Made by a program: the position numbers and the translations under genes
Assembly: GCA_977018835.1 (NCBI GenBank)
Contig: OZ361256.1
Location: 3,038,001 to 3,102,000 of the forward strand
Length of the DNA stretch: 64,000 nucleotides
DNA from: Minutocellus sp. GHC0000111
Taxonomy: Eukaryota
Direction of reading: 5' to 3'
Shown: positions 1 to 10,874 of the stretch, one piece after another
How positions within the stretch are numbered: position 1 is the stretch's first letter
Layout: the number at the start of each line of letters is the position of its first letter
The notes under the pieces: generated by a model
Databases searched by the model: none
Told to the model about the DNA's origin: nothing
Seen by the model: the letters and a program-made list of their open reading frames with translations, nothing else

Positions 1-97
1 AGGCATCAACTAAAAGATATGAGCAGAAAGATACAGCTGTGAACTGTGAACCAAGAAGAAGAACAATCCAAGTCGACACCACAACTCACCTGAAATC

Positions 98-2842
98 ATG
101 GACAACGCCCTGCAACCAATTGAACCAGGAGACGACGCATCGGCACAAGGTGCTGGAAATTCAGCTGAAAATGCAGCGGCAGCCCAACCAGCGGCGGCAG
201 TCCTGCCGGCGCAGCAAGAAGCCGTCGACATACTGCTTCCGGAGGCCCAGCTCGCCTCGCTTCCGCCGGACGTCCTGCGACGTATTTTGTGCACCCTGCC
301 GCTCTCGCAGCGTGCCAAACTTAGGAAGTCGGGATATGCCGCCCTTGCCGAGGCAGTGGCAGAATTCGATATCGAGCTGCTACGGTCGGTCTTTGAAGTG
401 GAGAGCTCGAGGGAGGCAACAGCGACAACAGGCGACGATGCGATCTTCGATGCACTTCGCAGAGAGATGGTGGACACCGTCAGCAAGAAACGCTGGCTGG
501 ACACAGCATCTGGTCCGACCAATAATTCGGACTGCACGTGTCCTCAAGACCGGCCGTGTCATTTGCGCCGTCTCACTAAAGGTGATTTCAACGCCCAGTG
601 CGCACGCAAAAATGGGCGACACCTCGGCTCGTACAGCAAGGCCAAGCTCATTGATGGGCACATATTGGTGCTGTATTCCAGTTACTGGCACGACTTTGAG
701 GCGTACGATCTCGACGACGGCAAATACATACCATTCAGCCCCGCCCATGCTCCCGATCGGCACTACGTGAACGACGAAGAAGAGAGGATGATGATGGGTT
801 TGGACGCCTACGATGGCCGCCACGGCATGCTGGCAGGCGCCATGAGTGGCGGCGGAAGAGCCCATGGGGACTGGAGCGGCCCATATGTGTCTGTGTGGGA
901 AATAGACACGGAAGAAAGCTTGTTGGCAATCGATCTCTATAAACCCAAGTGTCGCGTCCGTCAGGTAAACATCGTTTCTCGCGACAAGCTTGTCATTCTG
1001 TTGGAAGAAGCAGATGGAAGCTTCGCGATTCAGTGGCATCGCATACCCAAAACTCCGATTGATAGTGATTCCAATCCACCACCCCCCGATCCACCTGGCA
1101 TACGCGTTTCTTCCGAAAAGAGGAAGCGTCCCCGTTTGGAGAGATGGGGTAGTTGCGATAGCGATGAGGAAGAGACAACTTCTTATGATTATCGTACGAA
1201 ATATGAGTGGTGGCCTTGCCAACAAAGTCTTATTAAAACGGACAAGATTGGTAGATCTGGGCAGAGGGATGTGTTGATTGCGTCCGGCGGCAAAGGCTTT
1301 TTGGTCAGTTTGGTCAGGCGAGAGCTTACCGTTTGGTTGGTGTCGTCGATGGAACCAGTTCGCCGGTGCCAAGTACTTGGTGATGGAGACGCATTGAACT
1401 TCACCGATGATGATACACTTGGTCTTCTGTCTATGCATACAGATGTATTTCCAATTGAAGATAACAAGTATGATGGTTACTACTTTCTCGACGATGCCGA
1501 TGAAGTCCTTCCTGATATCAAAAGAAAAGGCAGTGTCCAAGGCTCATCGAACCCCATTGACCTCACCGAGGCCGATGCACTCACCATCCTGTCGAGGTTT
1601 TCCCTGATCACATATTGGGAACAGTACGAATTTGAGCTGGGCTATGCCGGATACGACAACGAGAAAAAGATAATAAACCCGTGCGCTCGGATGGAGGAAG
1701 GATCCTGCTCGCCGCAACTTGATTGCGTTGTGCGCGTGGCATTTGTCATGAACCGTTCGGGACGCGAATTGAATCAATACGTCTTTCATTTGGATCTGAA
1801 GCCTTTCGCACATCTTCGCCTCCGAGAATCATTGGAGTTTTGGAGATATGATGAGGAAATGCGCGAGGCAAATTTGGATGAATATTTCGCAGCTTGTTTG
1901 GGTGAACCTTCCCCCAAGACTGGAAAGATCGGTATATGGGAGAACGCTTACGGTGGACTCCAAAGTCATGAGAAGAAGTATGGGCATGAAAAGATGCACG
2001 TGCTGGAATGGCGTCGAGGCGGTGTATTAGATTTCCCCAATATAGGTCCCTGTGAACGAGAACGAGAGCAACGAATAGATAGGAAGATAGAAAAGACGAT
2101 GGGAGCCAACACGGTACTCGGGGATTATCCAGAATTACAGAAAGAGGTGCATGCCTATAACTCCATCGAAGAGCGTACCCACAAGTACCGTGCCATTACG
2201 AATCTGTTTGTCGATTCGCACAAATTGATTGTCTCAACTGCTTCTGAGGTGACGATGTTGCCCTTTGCACTCAATGTTGACGACACTGACAGGTCTTACG
2301 AGACGTGGCGATCAAAAAGCACTTGTCAAATCCGAGACAAATATTCTCTATACCGGATTGACAAGGACACCGAAGTTTGGCATTCTTTCCGACCCTTGGA
2401 CACGACACTGATATCTCGTTGGAATAAAATTCGAGACTTTGCCAACTTCAAAGCCTCTGGCAACAACCTTTACAGCATGTTGCGAGGCACGCCACTTCCA
2501 ATCGCTACATTGCCCGAACCCGACCGGGTCAACACCATTGAAACCATAACTGCTGACCTAGCAAAGGGGATGTGCGAAGAGGAGGGCTTGATTGGTGCAA
2601 TGGAACGCGAACGGGTGAGCATGTGGTTCCCTCAAGTTTCGTGGAGGTACCTTGCCGTTGTTCGTTCCGCCCTAACAGAGAGTGACAATGGACACGAACA
2701 ACTGCACGTGTTTGACATTCTTGCTGGGTGGGACAACAAGAACCGTTCCAGAATCCTCAAGAACGGAATTCATTTCGATAATGATCTCGAAGAAGGTGCA
2801 GAGCAGGACGATTCCAGCAGTGACTCCGAGGGGTCTTATTAG
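98..2842 (+). CDS. 914-aa protein with an N-terminal F-box-like motif and a probable beta-propeller (WD40-like) body
   Basis: Long intact ORF. LASLPPDVLRRILCTLPLSQR resembles an F-box, and later segments such as VSVWEIDT and QLHVFDIL resemble WD-like strands. Confidence 0.6.
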   Translation: MDNALQPIEPGDDASAQGAGNSAENAAAAQPAAAVLPAQQEAVDILLPEAQLASLPPDVLRRILCTLPLSQRAKLRKSGYAALAEAVAEFDIELLRSVFEVESSREATATTGDDAIFDALRREMVDTVSKKRWLDTASGPTNNSDCTCPQDRPCHLRRLTKGDFNAQCARKNGRHLGSYSKAKLIDGHILVLYSSYWHDFEAYDLDDGKYIPFSPAHAPDRHYVNDEEERMMMGLDAYDGRHGMLAGAMSGGGRAHGDWSGPYVSVWEIDTEESLLAIDLYKPKCRVRQVNIVSRDKLVILLEEADGSFAIQWHRIPKTPIDSDSNPPPPDPPGIRVSSEKRKRPRLERWGSCDSDEEETTSYDYRTKYEWWPCQQSLIKTDKIGRSGQRDVLIASGGKGFLVSLVRRELTVWLVSSMEPVRRCQVLGDGDALNFTDDDTLGLLSMHTDVFPIEDNKYDGYYFLDDADEVLPDIKRKGSVQGSSNPIDLTEADALTILSRFSLITYWEQYEFELGYAGYDNEKKIINPCARMEEGSCSPQLDCVVRVAFVMNRSGRELNQYVFHLDLKPFAHLRLRESLEFWRYDEEMREANLDEYFAACLGEPSPKTGKIGIWENAYGGLQSHEKKYGHEKMHVLEWRRGGVLDFPNIGPCEREREQRIDRKIEKTMGANTVLGDYPELQKEVHAYNSIEERTHKYRAITNLFVDSHKLIVSTASEVTMLPFALNVDDTDRSYETWRSKSTCQIRDKYSLYRIDKDTEVWHSFRPLDTTLISRWNKIRDFANFKASGNNLYSMLRGTPLPIATLPEPDRVNTIETITADLAKGMCEEEGLIGAMERERVSMWFPQVSWRYLAVVRSALTESDNGHEQLHVFDILAGWDNKNRSRILKNGIHFDNDLEEGAEQDDSSSDSEGSY

Positions 2843-2893
2843 GAGCAATATATGTGTATGTGTGAATGTTTCGTATGTATTCTGGTTGACCTT

Positions 2894-4132
2894 TTAGTTG
2901 TACTGATATCCACCACCATAACCACCGGTGCCGCCACCACTGCCATTGTTGTAGCCGTATCCACCGTTGTACCCGCCCCCTCCGTAGCTGCCTCTGCTCA
3001 CATGGTCTCCATGTCGATTTCCTCCTCCACCTCCAGCCATACCGGCACCACCACTTCCACCACCCTCCATCGACATGGGTTCCACACTGGCATAGAACGG
3101 GTACTCCATCGGCCCGTCGTTCCTAACGGCAATGGTCGACCCATACCCGGGCGTGGGGAGGGTGGCCTCGAACGCCTTGCCGTGCTGGTTGTACACCTCG
3201 GCCAACTGGGCCACGCGGCCGGGACCCTGCAAAAGTTCCACCAACGCCTTGATGGGCATCCCATCGCTCTCGATGGTGACGCGGACGGAGGACACGGTGG
3301 GGTTTATGGTGAAGTGCCGGACGGTGCCACCCTGGATCGTTTCTCCGCCTGCCACCATTCTCCGTCCACCTCCGAATGCTCCTCGTGACGGCGAAGGTGG
3401 TGCATACAGCTGTTGCTGCCGCTGGTGGGGACGGTGGCTCACCCCGGCCTGGATGGGATACTCCATCGGCCCGCGATTCCGCACGTCGACGCTGCCGTTG
3501 CGATATCCACCATGCGCACCACCAGCGCCGCCCCAGCGGTCCATCCGCTCCATCCCAATGTCCATCGGTCGGCCGGTGCCGTCCTCGCTCCATACCCTTA
3601 CGTTGTGGGAGGTGTTGGCGGGCCCGTCCCACAGTTGCACGCGCGAGTCCATCGGCCGGCCGCCGTCGGTCGACAGGTAGACGTGGGAGCGGGTCCCGTA
3701 CGCCCCGTACTGCCGTCGGGACCCTCCCTGAATCCGCCTCTGTTCGGGGTTGCCATACGCCTCTGGCGCATTGTCCCCGAACGAGGCGTCGTGGACGTTA
3801 GCGTTGTTGACGTTGTTGGGAGCTTCGTAGTTGGCCAGCTGTCCGCCGCGGTCTCTCATTCGATCGGGGTAGAAGGCAGCGCTGTTGTCTCCGTAGTTGG
3901 CGTACTGCGTCCGCTGCTGCCGCAGGGCTTGTTCGCTGTTGGGTCCCCACGGGGACACCGAGTTGTAGCCGTTGCCATTCCGGGCATTGCCGCTGCCGCC
4001 GCCACCGTTGTAGGCCGACACGAGCGATACGGAGGTTTGCGACGCGCACAGAGCAGCAGCCATAGCATGCGAGCCCTTGGACCGCCTGGCAGTGCGGTCG
4101 GTTGTTCTGCGGACGGGCATGGTTGAATCCAT
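2894..4132 (-). CDS. Uncharacterised algal protein with a duplicated 'ELLQGP...VRNxGPMEYP' domain and Gly/Tyr-rich ends, possibly secreted
   Basis: Two internal repeats: TDGRPMDSRVQLWDGP...VRNRGPMEYPI and SDGMPIKALVELLQGP...VRNDGPMEYPF. Weak signal-like segment MAAALCASQTSVSLVSA. The start codon is uncertain (4132, 4120 or about 4063). Confidence 0.7.
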   Translation of the reverse strand: MDSTMPVRRTTDRTARRSKGSHAMAAALCASQTSVSLVSAYNGGGGSGNARNGNGYNSVSPWGPNSEQALRQQRTQYANYGDNSAAFYPDRMRDRGGQLANYEAPNNVNNANVHDASFGDNAPEAYGNPEQRRIQGGSRRQYGAYGTRSHVYLSTDGGRPMDSRVQLWDGPANTSHNVRVWSEDGTGRPMDIGMERMDRWGGAGGAHGGYRNGSVDVRNRGPMEYPIQAGVSHRPHQRQQQLYAPPSPSRGAFGGGRRMVAGGETIQGGTVRHFTINPTVSSVRVTIESDGMPIKALVELLQGPGRVAQLAEVYNQHGKAFEATLPTPGYGSTIAVRNDGPMEYPFYASVEPMSMEGGGSGGAGMAGGGGGNRHGDHVSRGSYGGGGYNGGYGYNNGSGGGTGGYGGGYQYN

Positions 4133-4383
4133 CGGGAAAGTAGCTAGGAGGGGAGAGGGTGCGTTGGCTTGTGTTGCCGTCGCTCGATCGCGTTCTCCCA
4201 TGGCATGACTGCGTGCGTGGCATTTGGTGCGTCGCAAAAGAAGCTCTAAAGTACAAAACCGTGTCTTGCGCTTGTGGTGACATTTTCGGTTGGCAAGAAG
4301 ATCAGGCGATCGGATCAGGCAGAGACCGATGATGGGCAATCTGCTTCTCATGTATCCACTTTCATGCATCTCCTACGGCGACA

Positions 4384-5079
4384 ATGGTAGAAAGTAACAA
4401 ATCGTCGGCTCATTCTCCTCTCATTGCAGCCCTGTGCATCCTCTCGGTTTGCTGCCTCGCACTGAGTGCGGCGACACTGGCACTGCTGGTAGAAAGTCGG
4501 AAAAGTCTTGACTCCTCCTCCTCCTCCTCCAGCGGGGCGCAAAGTAGCCCAACCACATACCCATGGCTCTCGCTGCCGACGGCACCGATGGACGTCGTGG
4601 GGAGCATCCAAGGCATCACCGTGGTGTTCCGGAGCGACACCGTCGACGCCGACGGGGACGGCCTGCTGGACGAATTCCGCATCCATCACCACACCATCCA
4701 ACGGATCCACCAAGTCGACAGGACGTTGGCGCTGCTGTTCCTGGACGACGGCGTCGACAACTTCGTGTCGGTCGATGCAGGACTGGTGCTGCACCATCAC
4801 AATGGAACTGCCATGGATGCGTCGGCGGGAGGTGGCTACACTTCCCCAGTTGCGGCTGAGTGGGAGTGGGATGACACCGTCAGAAGTAGTGGTGGTTTGG
4901 TCGGAGATGGCGATGAAGGGTCAGATGAGAATTCTACCGCTGGAGGGACTCGTCAGCGCAGGCTTTCTTCCGTCCTATCGTCCAGCGATTCATATGGTGC
5001 ATTTGCTGGTTGCAGCTGCAGCTTCGGCGCCTCCAATCTTGGGTTTAATTCAGACACGGCCTTCTGTGAGACATGTTGA
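4384..5079 (+). CDS. Membrane-anchored or secreted hypothetical protein with a DxDxDG Ca-binding-like loop and a Cys-rich C-terminal peptide
   Basis: N-terminal hydrophobic helix, DADGDGLLDE motif, and RQRRL followed by a short tail with 4 Cys. Confidence 0.55.
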   Translation: MVESNKSSAHSPLIAALCILSVCCLALSAATLALLVESRKSLDSSSSSSSGAQSSPTTYPWLSLPTAPMDVVGSIQGITVVFRSDTVDADGDGLLDEFRIHHHTIQRIHQVDRTLALLFLDDGVDNFVSVDAGLVLHHHNGTAMDASAGGGYTSPVAAEWEWDDTVRSSGGLVGDGDEGSDENSTAGGTRQRRLSSVLSSSDSYGAFAGCSCSFGASNLGFNSDTAFCETC

Positions 5080-5110
5080 TGGTGAGAAGGGGAAATGTTT
5101 GCTTCAGGCG

Positions 5111-5120
5111 ATATATATTA

Positions 5121-5151
<31 letters not shown>
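5111..5151. repeat. (TA)n microsatellite
   Basis: About 40 nt of near-perfect TA repeat. Confidence 0.95.
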
Positions 5152-5228
5152 CATGAAATCAGCTAGGTATTGAAAAGAATCAATGTAATTGATCAAATGT
5201 ACAACATTGGAGATATTTCATGCCTCTA

Positions 5229-6347
5229 CTAATCGTCAACAGTAATGATGTCGTCGCAGCTGACAGGAAAGCCACGACTTTCCAGTCCAATCACTGTGGA
5301 TTTGGTCCATATATTCAGTCTGGACGCGCCATCATTCATGTAAGTATTGAATCTGTCGAAGAAGTTTTCCTTTTGAATCCTTCCCGGATCAAGTCCAGCT
5401 TCGATCACTTTGTCGAGTTCATCAAAGGCGAATTTGGAAAGACTCCAAAACCGAGTATCAGCCCAGGTGCGGGAGTGTTTCGTCATAATCAGCCTGGCTT
5501 TCTCTTGTGTTATTCCTTTCAGAGCCGTTACTTCCTTCAGATATTTCTGCAAGAAAAAAGAAAGACCACCTTCGTTGTTATCCTCTATTGCCTCCTTCCC
5601 CCCTGGACGCTCTCCGATGATTTCCCAAAACTCGTGCTCTTGTAGACAGAAGCAATCTGCCGTATACCATCCTGATCCTCCTAACATGTGCAAAACTGGC
5701 ATGTGCTTGCAAAGAAACCTGCAATGAGCGCATGCTTCCGTGGGGTTAAGGCGGCATGGCCTTACCGCGCTCCAAGAGTAGGGATTGATCCCATTCATCA
5801 TCGACATATTAGAAGAGAGCAGGCCCGACATGAATGCACCCGTTGTCGTAAAAATAAGCCCGCGAATGATCTCCTCATGCCCCTCAGGACCAATACATAC
5901 GTACGGCTTATACACTTCATCAAGAATCTCGTTCTCGTCATCTTTCAGTCTTCCTCCCACAAACGCCGTTTTCAACCTCGGAAAGGCGGAGAGGAATAAT
6001 GAAGGAGTGGAATGGGCGGCCTCCAACGAAATGGTGAACTGTTCGTCACCGTAATAGAATGTTCCTGCCCCTTCGAGAAGACACAGAATGTTCAACTTTT
6101 CAACATACTGAAACCTCCGCGCAGCAGGAACATACATCTCACTCGACTTCATTACATTCAACGTCTTGACATATTTCACCGCTTCAACTGCAATGTGCTT
6201 GCCGACCAGAAGGGCCGAGCGGACCTCGCTGTACGGCATAAAATCCAGGATACCGCCCCACACGGGCGCCGGTAAATGCGGCACATCGACGACGGAATCC
6301 TCGCTGATCTCGTCGGACTTGCGCTTCTTGCTGGTTGGGGAGCTCAT
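5229..6347 (-). CDS. F-box-like / LRR-like family protein, paralog 1
   Basis: Starts MSSPTSKKRK (NLS-like), then F-box-like PHLPAPVWGGILDFMPYSEVRSALLVGK. Highly similar to 8490-9614. Confidence 0.75.
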   Translation of the reverse strand: MSSPTSKKRKSDEISEDSVVDVPHLPAPVWGGILDFMPYSEVRSALLVGKHIAVEAVKYVKTLNVMKSSEMYVPAARRFQYVEKLNILCLLEGAGTFYYGDEQFTISLEAAHSTPSLFLSAFPRLKTAFVGGRLKDDENEILDEVYKPYVCIGPEGHEEIIRGLIFTTTGAFMSGLLSSNMSMMNGINPYSWSAVRPCRLNPTEACAHCRFLCKHMPVLHMLGGSGWYTADCFCLQEHEFWEIIGERPGGKEAIEDNNEGGLSFFLQKYLKEVTALKGITQEKARLIMTKHSRTWADTRFWSLSKFAFDELDKVIEAGLDPGRIQKENFFDRFNTYMNDGASRLNIWTKSTVIGLESRGFPVSCDDIITVDD

Positions 6348-6864
6348 GGTAGAAACTTCGAGACGGTATCTTCTTGCCCTTGCTCTTGTTTTGTTTCGTT
6401 TGTGTGGTCGCTCGCCTGGGCGGGATAAGTGACGGCGGACGGCCAGACCAAAAACCTTGAGTTCTGCCCTCTGCTGCTCGCTCGCAGGCTCGCAGGCGCA
6501 GGTCACAACTTGTGGAGTATCCACGCTCATTCATGCATTTCTCCCCTCTTCCACGGAGGGATTAACCCAAGGAGCAGCATCGAATTCATTTGGAAACGAG
6601 TATTTCATTTGTTTCAGTGCCGGTGTTGGTTTGCTGGTGAGTCATCAGATGCATCTTGTGCCTCTGGCGTATCTTTTGGCGGGGGCGCCAAAACATGACA
6701 CGAAGTTCCTCGGCATCCATCGGCATTTGTGCTGGCCTTGATGATATGGACGTATGCCAAATTCGCAAAGTTCCAAATCATTGCGCGTAATGGTGTCCTA
6801 CTTTTGCCATGATATTGAGGGAGGAGTTTGTTAATTCACTTTGCATGTTTTTGATACTTCGCTT

Positions 6865-7440
6865 TCAAATTCGAGCATCAGCCCATGTGCGGGAGTGTTT
6901 CGTCATAATCAACTTTGCCTTCTCTTCTGTTATCCCTTTCATATTTGTTACCCTCTTGAGAAATCTGTGGACAGCGGTAAAGAGACCATCTTCGGTGTCA
7001 TCTTCTATTGCCTTTTTCCCCCCTGGGCGCTCTCTGATTATTTCCCAAAACTCGTGATCTCGTAGACAGAAGCAATTTGTCACATAAGATACTTTTTCAA
7101 CCATGGGCGGAAGTGGCAAATGCCTGCAAAGAAAGCTACATTGAATGCAGGCTTCCATGGGGCTGAGACGGCATGGCCTTATCGCGCTCCAAGAGTAGGG
7201 ATTGGTCCCCCCTATCGTCGACAAATTAGGAGAGAGCAGGCCCGACATGAATGCACCGGCAGTGGTGAAAATAAGCCCGCGAATTATCTCCTCGTGGTGC
7301 TCAGGACCAATACATGCGTGCGGGTTGTAGACGAGATCATTAATGCCGTTGGCTTCATTTTTCAGTCTGCCTCCTACAAACGCCCTTTTCAATCTCGGAA
7401 AGGCGGAGAGGAAGGAAGGGGTGGAATGTGCCGTCTCCAT
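6865..7440 (-). pseudogene. Paralog 2 of the same family, truncated at both ends
   Basis: ETAHSTPSFLSAFP...TWADARI aligns to the middle of paralog 1. It lacks the F-box N-terminus, has TGA where paralog 1 has TGG, and similarity stops there. Confidence 0.8.
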
Positions 7441-7753
7441 CATCGATCGCGCCGAGTATCTCCAGTATCGAGAGAATGGAGAAGACGAGGATGCTGATGC
7501 AAATGCTGAGGAGGCTGCCGGCGGAGGAGGACTTCAACTCGATGCTATCATTGAAGGATTTGGCCACGCCGGAGCTCAGGCCCAGGGTCAGATGGAGGAA
7601 GACGAGGAGGTTCCTCCGGCGGCCGCAATCGGCGAAGCTTTGCTTGCTGCCGCTGAAGGTGAGCAGATGCGTCGCGCCGTGGAAGCGTCGGAGGCCTCGG
7701 CCCATGAGGACGAGCAGCTTCGTGTCGCCATCGAAGATTCTCACAATCTTTGA
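7441..7753 (+). pseudogene. Orphan 3' gene fragment with two UIM-like (ubiquitin-interacting) motifs
   Basis: Acidic reading frame with EGEQMRRAVEAS and EDEQLRVAIEDS that ends in a stop. It has no start of its own and abuts the paralog-2 breakpoint in opposite orientation. Confidence 0.5.
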
Positions 7754-8489
7754 AGAAGCACGTGCCAATGACAGGTGAAAGCATGCCTTGGAAATGTGCT
7801 CAGCTCAATCCGATTGCCAATTCGTTGCTTGCGATTTTGGACGGAACAGTCATTTAGACTGCAAAGGTGCCAACCAAACAAGGATACAATTGTAGATACG
7901 CATGTTTGCACCATTAAGAGTGTTCCATTTCATTTGCTTTCGTTACATTACATACTAGAAGTAGATAATAAGAAAATAACAAAAAGGTTAGGTTGACATA
8001 AGTGGTCTAGATTTGTCTACAGTATGGCTCTATATAGAGGAGGGAAAGCTCTATGTTCATTTCAATTCAGTCATCTAGCTAATCATCTATTCGTCTACCT
8101 TCTTCTCCTCTTCGTGAGACATGCCCTGTCGAGGTTCACGACCACCATCACCACCAGGCGGTAGTAAGCTATCGTCGTCATGCAGGTAGTAGATATCGTC
8201 CCATGAGCACCTCCACAGACCCTGCTTCAGCCGTTTCTGATCGAGATGGTGGCCGATGAATCCAATGTGTGGCCGCCGGCCGGCCGCCGATACTATTTGT
8301 CGTCGGCGACTTTTTATTTCCTCCTCCCTGGTAGAATCTACCGGTAGATCTAATGACTGACTCCCGAGTGTTTTAAGGTACATGTAATAGATCTAGTATC
8401 TACGTAGCTAGAGTTTACTCTGCCTCTTTCGACAACTTAACTCGCAGCATCTGCATCAAAAGGCGATGGTCTGAAACCCTGGTCTAAAT

Positions 8490-9614
8490 TTATAAATCGT
8501 CAACAGTTATGATGCCGTCGCAACTGACAGGGAAACCACGACTTTCTAGGCCAATCACTGTGGATTTGGTCCATATGTTGAATTCAATATGCAAATCAGT
8601 GCTGGTATCATTGATACAAAAATCCAATTGGTCAAAGAAATACTTTTTCCTGATTCGTCTTGGGTCAAGTCCAGCTTCGATCACTTTGTCGAGTTTTCGA
8701 AAGAAGTTTTTTGAAATGTACCAAATGTCAGCATCTCCCGATTCTCCACAGTGTTTCTCAATAATAGGCGCGGAATTTAACTCTACTGAACTGTCTACTA
8801 TGTTGAAAAAAGATTCCCCAATAAGCTTACAAAGTCCCTCCTCGGCGGCATCCTCTACTGCCTGCTTGCCTCCCGGACGCTCTCCTACGACGGTCCATAA
8901 CTCACTTTCCGTGAGACAGAAATCTAACGTGTCAAATTCCTCCCTCAGAATCTGTGAAAGAGGGAAATGCCTGCATAGAGTCCTACAATGAAGACATGAT
9001 TTCTTCGCCCCCCCTCGAGGGCACTTCTTCACTAAACCCCATGTGTAGCTATCAATGCCATCTATCATCAAACCTTGAGAGAGAAGGCCCGACTTGAATG
9101 CACCGGCAGTCGTGAAAATAAGCCCGCGGATGATTTCTTCGTGGTCCTCGGGGCCGATGCATTCCTCCGGTGAGTAGCTAATATCCACACGACCATATTC
9201 GTAGGCTAGTCGTCCTCCGACAAAAGCTTCCTTCAGCCTTGGAAAGGCGGAGAGGAATGAAGGCGTAGAAATGGCCGTCTCCAACGAAATGGTGAACTGT
9301 TCGTCACCATCTCCATTGAATGTTCCTGTCCCTTCAAGGAGACACAAAAGCTTTAGTTCATCAACGTTTGGAAACCTCCGTGCAGAAGGAATATTCAACT
9401 CGCTCGATTTCATTACATTCAACGTCTCGACATATTTCACTGCTTCGACAGCAATGTGCTTCCCGACGAGAAGTGCCGAGCGAACCTCGGCATGTGGCAT
9501 GAAATCAATGATGCCGCCCCACACCGGGGCCGGTAAATGCGGCACATCGACGACGCACTCGTCGCTGATTTCGTCGGCCTTGCGCTTCTTGCTGGTTGGG
9601 GAGTTGGAGCTCAT
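8490..9614 (-). CDS. F-box-like / LRR-like family protein, paralog 3
   Basis: MSSNSPTSKKRK...VPHLPAPVWGGIIDFMP, with the same C-terminus (NIWTKSTVIGLESRGFPVSCD) as paralog 1. Confidence 0.75.
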   Translation of the reverse strand: MSSNSPTSKKRKADEISDECVVDVPHLPAPVWGGIIDFMPHAEVRSALLVGKHIAVEAVKYVETLNVMKSSELNIPSARRFPNVDELKLLCLLEGTGTFNGDGDEQFTISLETAISTPSFLSAFPRLKEAFVGGRLAYEYGRVDISYSPEECIGPEDHEEIIRGLIFTTAGAFKSGLLSQGLMIDGIDSYTWGLVKKCPRGGAKKSCLHCRTLCRHFPLSQILREEFDTLDFCLTESELWTVVGERPGGKQAVEDAAEEGLCKLIGESFFNIVDSSVELNSAPIIEKHCGESGDADIWYISKNFFRKLDKVIEAGLDPRRIRKKYFFDQLDFCINDTSTDLHIEFNIWTKSTVIGLESRGFPVSCDGIITVDDL

Positions 9615-9813
9615 GGTTATTTTAGTGCGTAATAGTATCTTTTTGAACACCGAGATTGTTTGGGACGACGGACAGACAAGTAGAAGTCCGGGTTACTTGT
9701 CTGTTTTCGTCGAGTTTCGTGCGTGGCCGATGATGGTGGCCGGTACTTCCACTTCAACGAAACCGGTCGTATTGAACCATCACCTCCAAGCGGCAAGGAA
9801 TAACAACCATACA

Positions 9814-10632
9814 ATGTCAAATACTAGATTATATCGGCGGAGAGCGCAGCCGGCCGTCACTTTGCTTCTTGCGGTGTCGGCGGTACTTCTTGTGGTCGTT
9901 CCGGCGACTGTTTCAGCCTTCACCTCCCAAAATGCACGAACGCCATCGTCTGCATCGTCGGTACTATCGGGCAGATCGGTGCATGCGCCAAACAAACACA
10001 ATATTGCTCACAGAGATATCATCAGTAATAGCCGGCTTTATAGCACGACCGAAGCGTCCGTGAATGGCAGCCTGACACCAGCACAAGACGACGAAGACGA
10101 CGATGACGAAGAGTGGGTGTACGAGGAATACACCGACCTGACCGAGGCGGACTTTTACAATTCGGAATGGAAGATTGGGATCGTATGGAACGACAACGAG
10201 GACGTCATCAAGGAGACGTGGGTGCGGCTGATCGTCGACGACAATGGCGGTGGACCGGGATCGACGCCGACCAACGTGGCCATCTGGGGCGACGGTGGAA
10301 AGGGCAAGTGGAGCGTGGATGTGCCCAATCAATTCTTTAGCATATCCAAGGAAAGTGTCGGGGGATGGTTCGGCAAGCGCATTTTTGCGGGCAATGCCGA
10401 TGATTATTATTACTTGCAGGGCACCGTGAGAGGGTGGAGTCCCATCCAGAGTGCCAGTGTCTTGGGACAGTGGCAGATGAAGCGACTGGGCGTCGATCGG
10501 GAGGAGGCTGGCATCGCTCCGTGGTTTCAAGAAGATGACGACGACGAGGAGGAGGCATCAAGTAGTGCCAACATGCTTGAGGGGTCTGATGAGAGTCCGA
10601 CACAGGCCAAGGAGGAGGGTGTTGAGGAGTAG
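9814..10632 (+). CDS. Plastid-targeted conserved hypothetical protein
   Basis: Signal peptide ending VSA-FTS (ASAFAP-type), Ser/Arg-rich transit peptide, and a Trp-rich globular domain. Confidence 0.75.
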   Translation: MSNTRLYRRRAQPAVTLLLAVSAVLLVVVPATVSAFTSQNARTPSSASSVLSGRSVHAPNKHNIAHRDIISNSRLYSTTEASVNGSLTPAQDDEDDDDEEWVYEEYTDLTEADFYNSEWKIGIVWNDNEDVIKETWVRLIVDDNGGGPGSTPTNVAIWGDGGKGKWSVDVPNQFFSISKESVGGWFGKRIFAGNADDYYYLQGTVRGWSPIQSASVLGQWQMKRLGVDREEAGIAPWFQEDDDDEEEASSSANMLEGSDESPTQAKEEGVEE

Positions 10633-10874
10633 GAGCTTAATATTAGAGAGCTTTTGGATAGAATTGATGGTGGGTTGTGATTATTGAAGAGCTCGAGAAA
10701 GTAGCACATCATGTGCACTTTCTCATTTCTATTGGATTTTGACGTCTTTGCCTACTTTACATGTACATCTACTGTTTGGGGATATCAAGTAAATATCCAC
10801 CGGGGTTGAGGAAGACTATCCGAAAGTTGGCAGCAGAGAGTCACCGGCGTCGAGCATCGCTGATCTATCAGGTT

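Noticed and set aside
380..1540. Long antisense and alternate-frame ORFs (also 27425-28528, 29900-30619, 43530-44258)
   Set aside because: These are shadow ORFs of GC-rich coding genes with no motif support.
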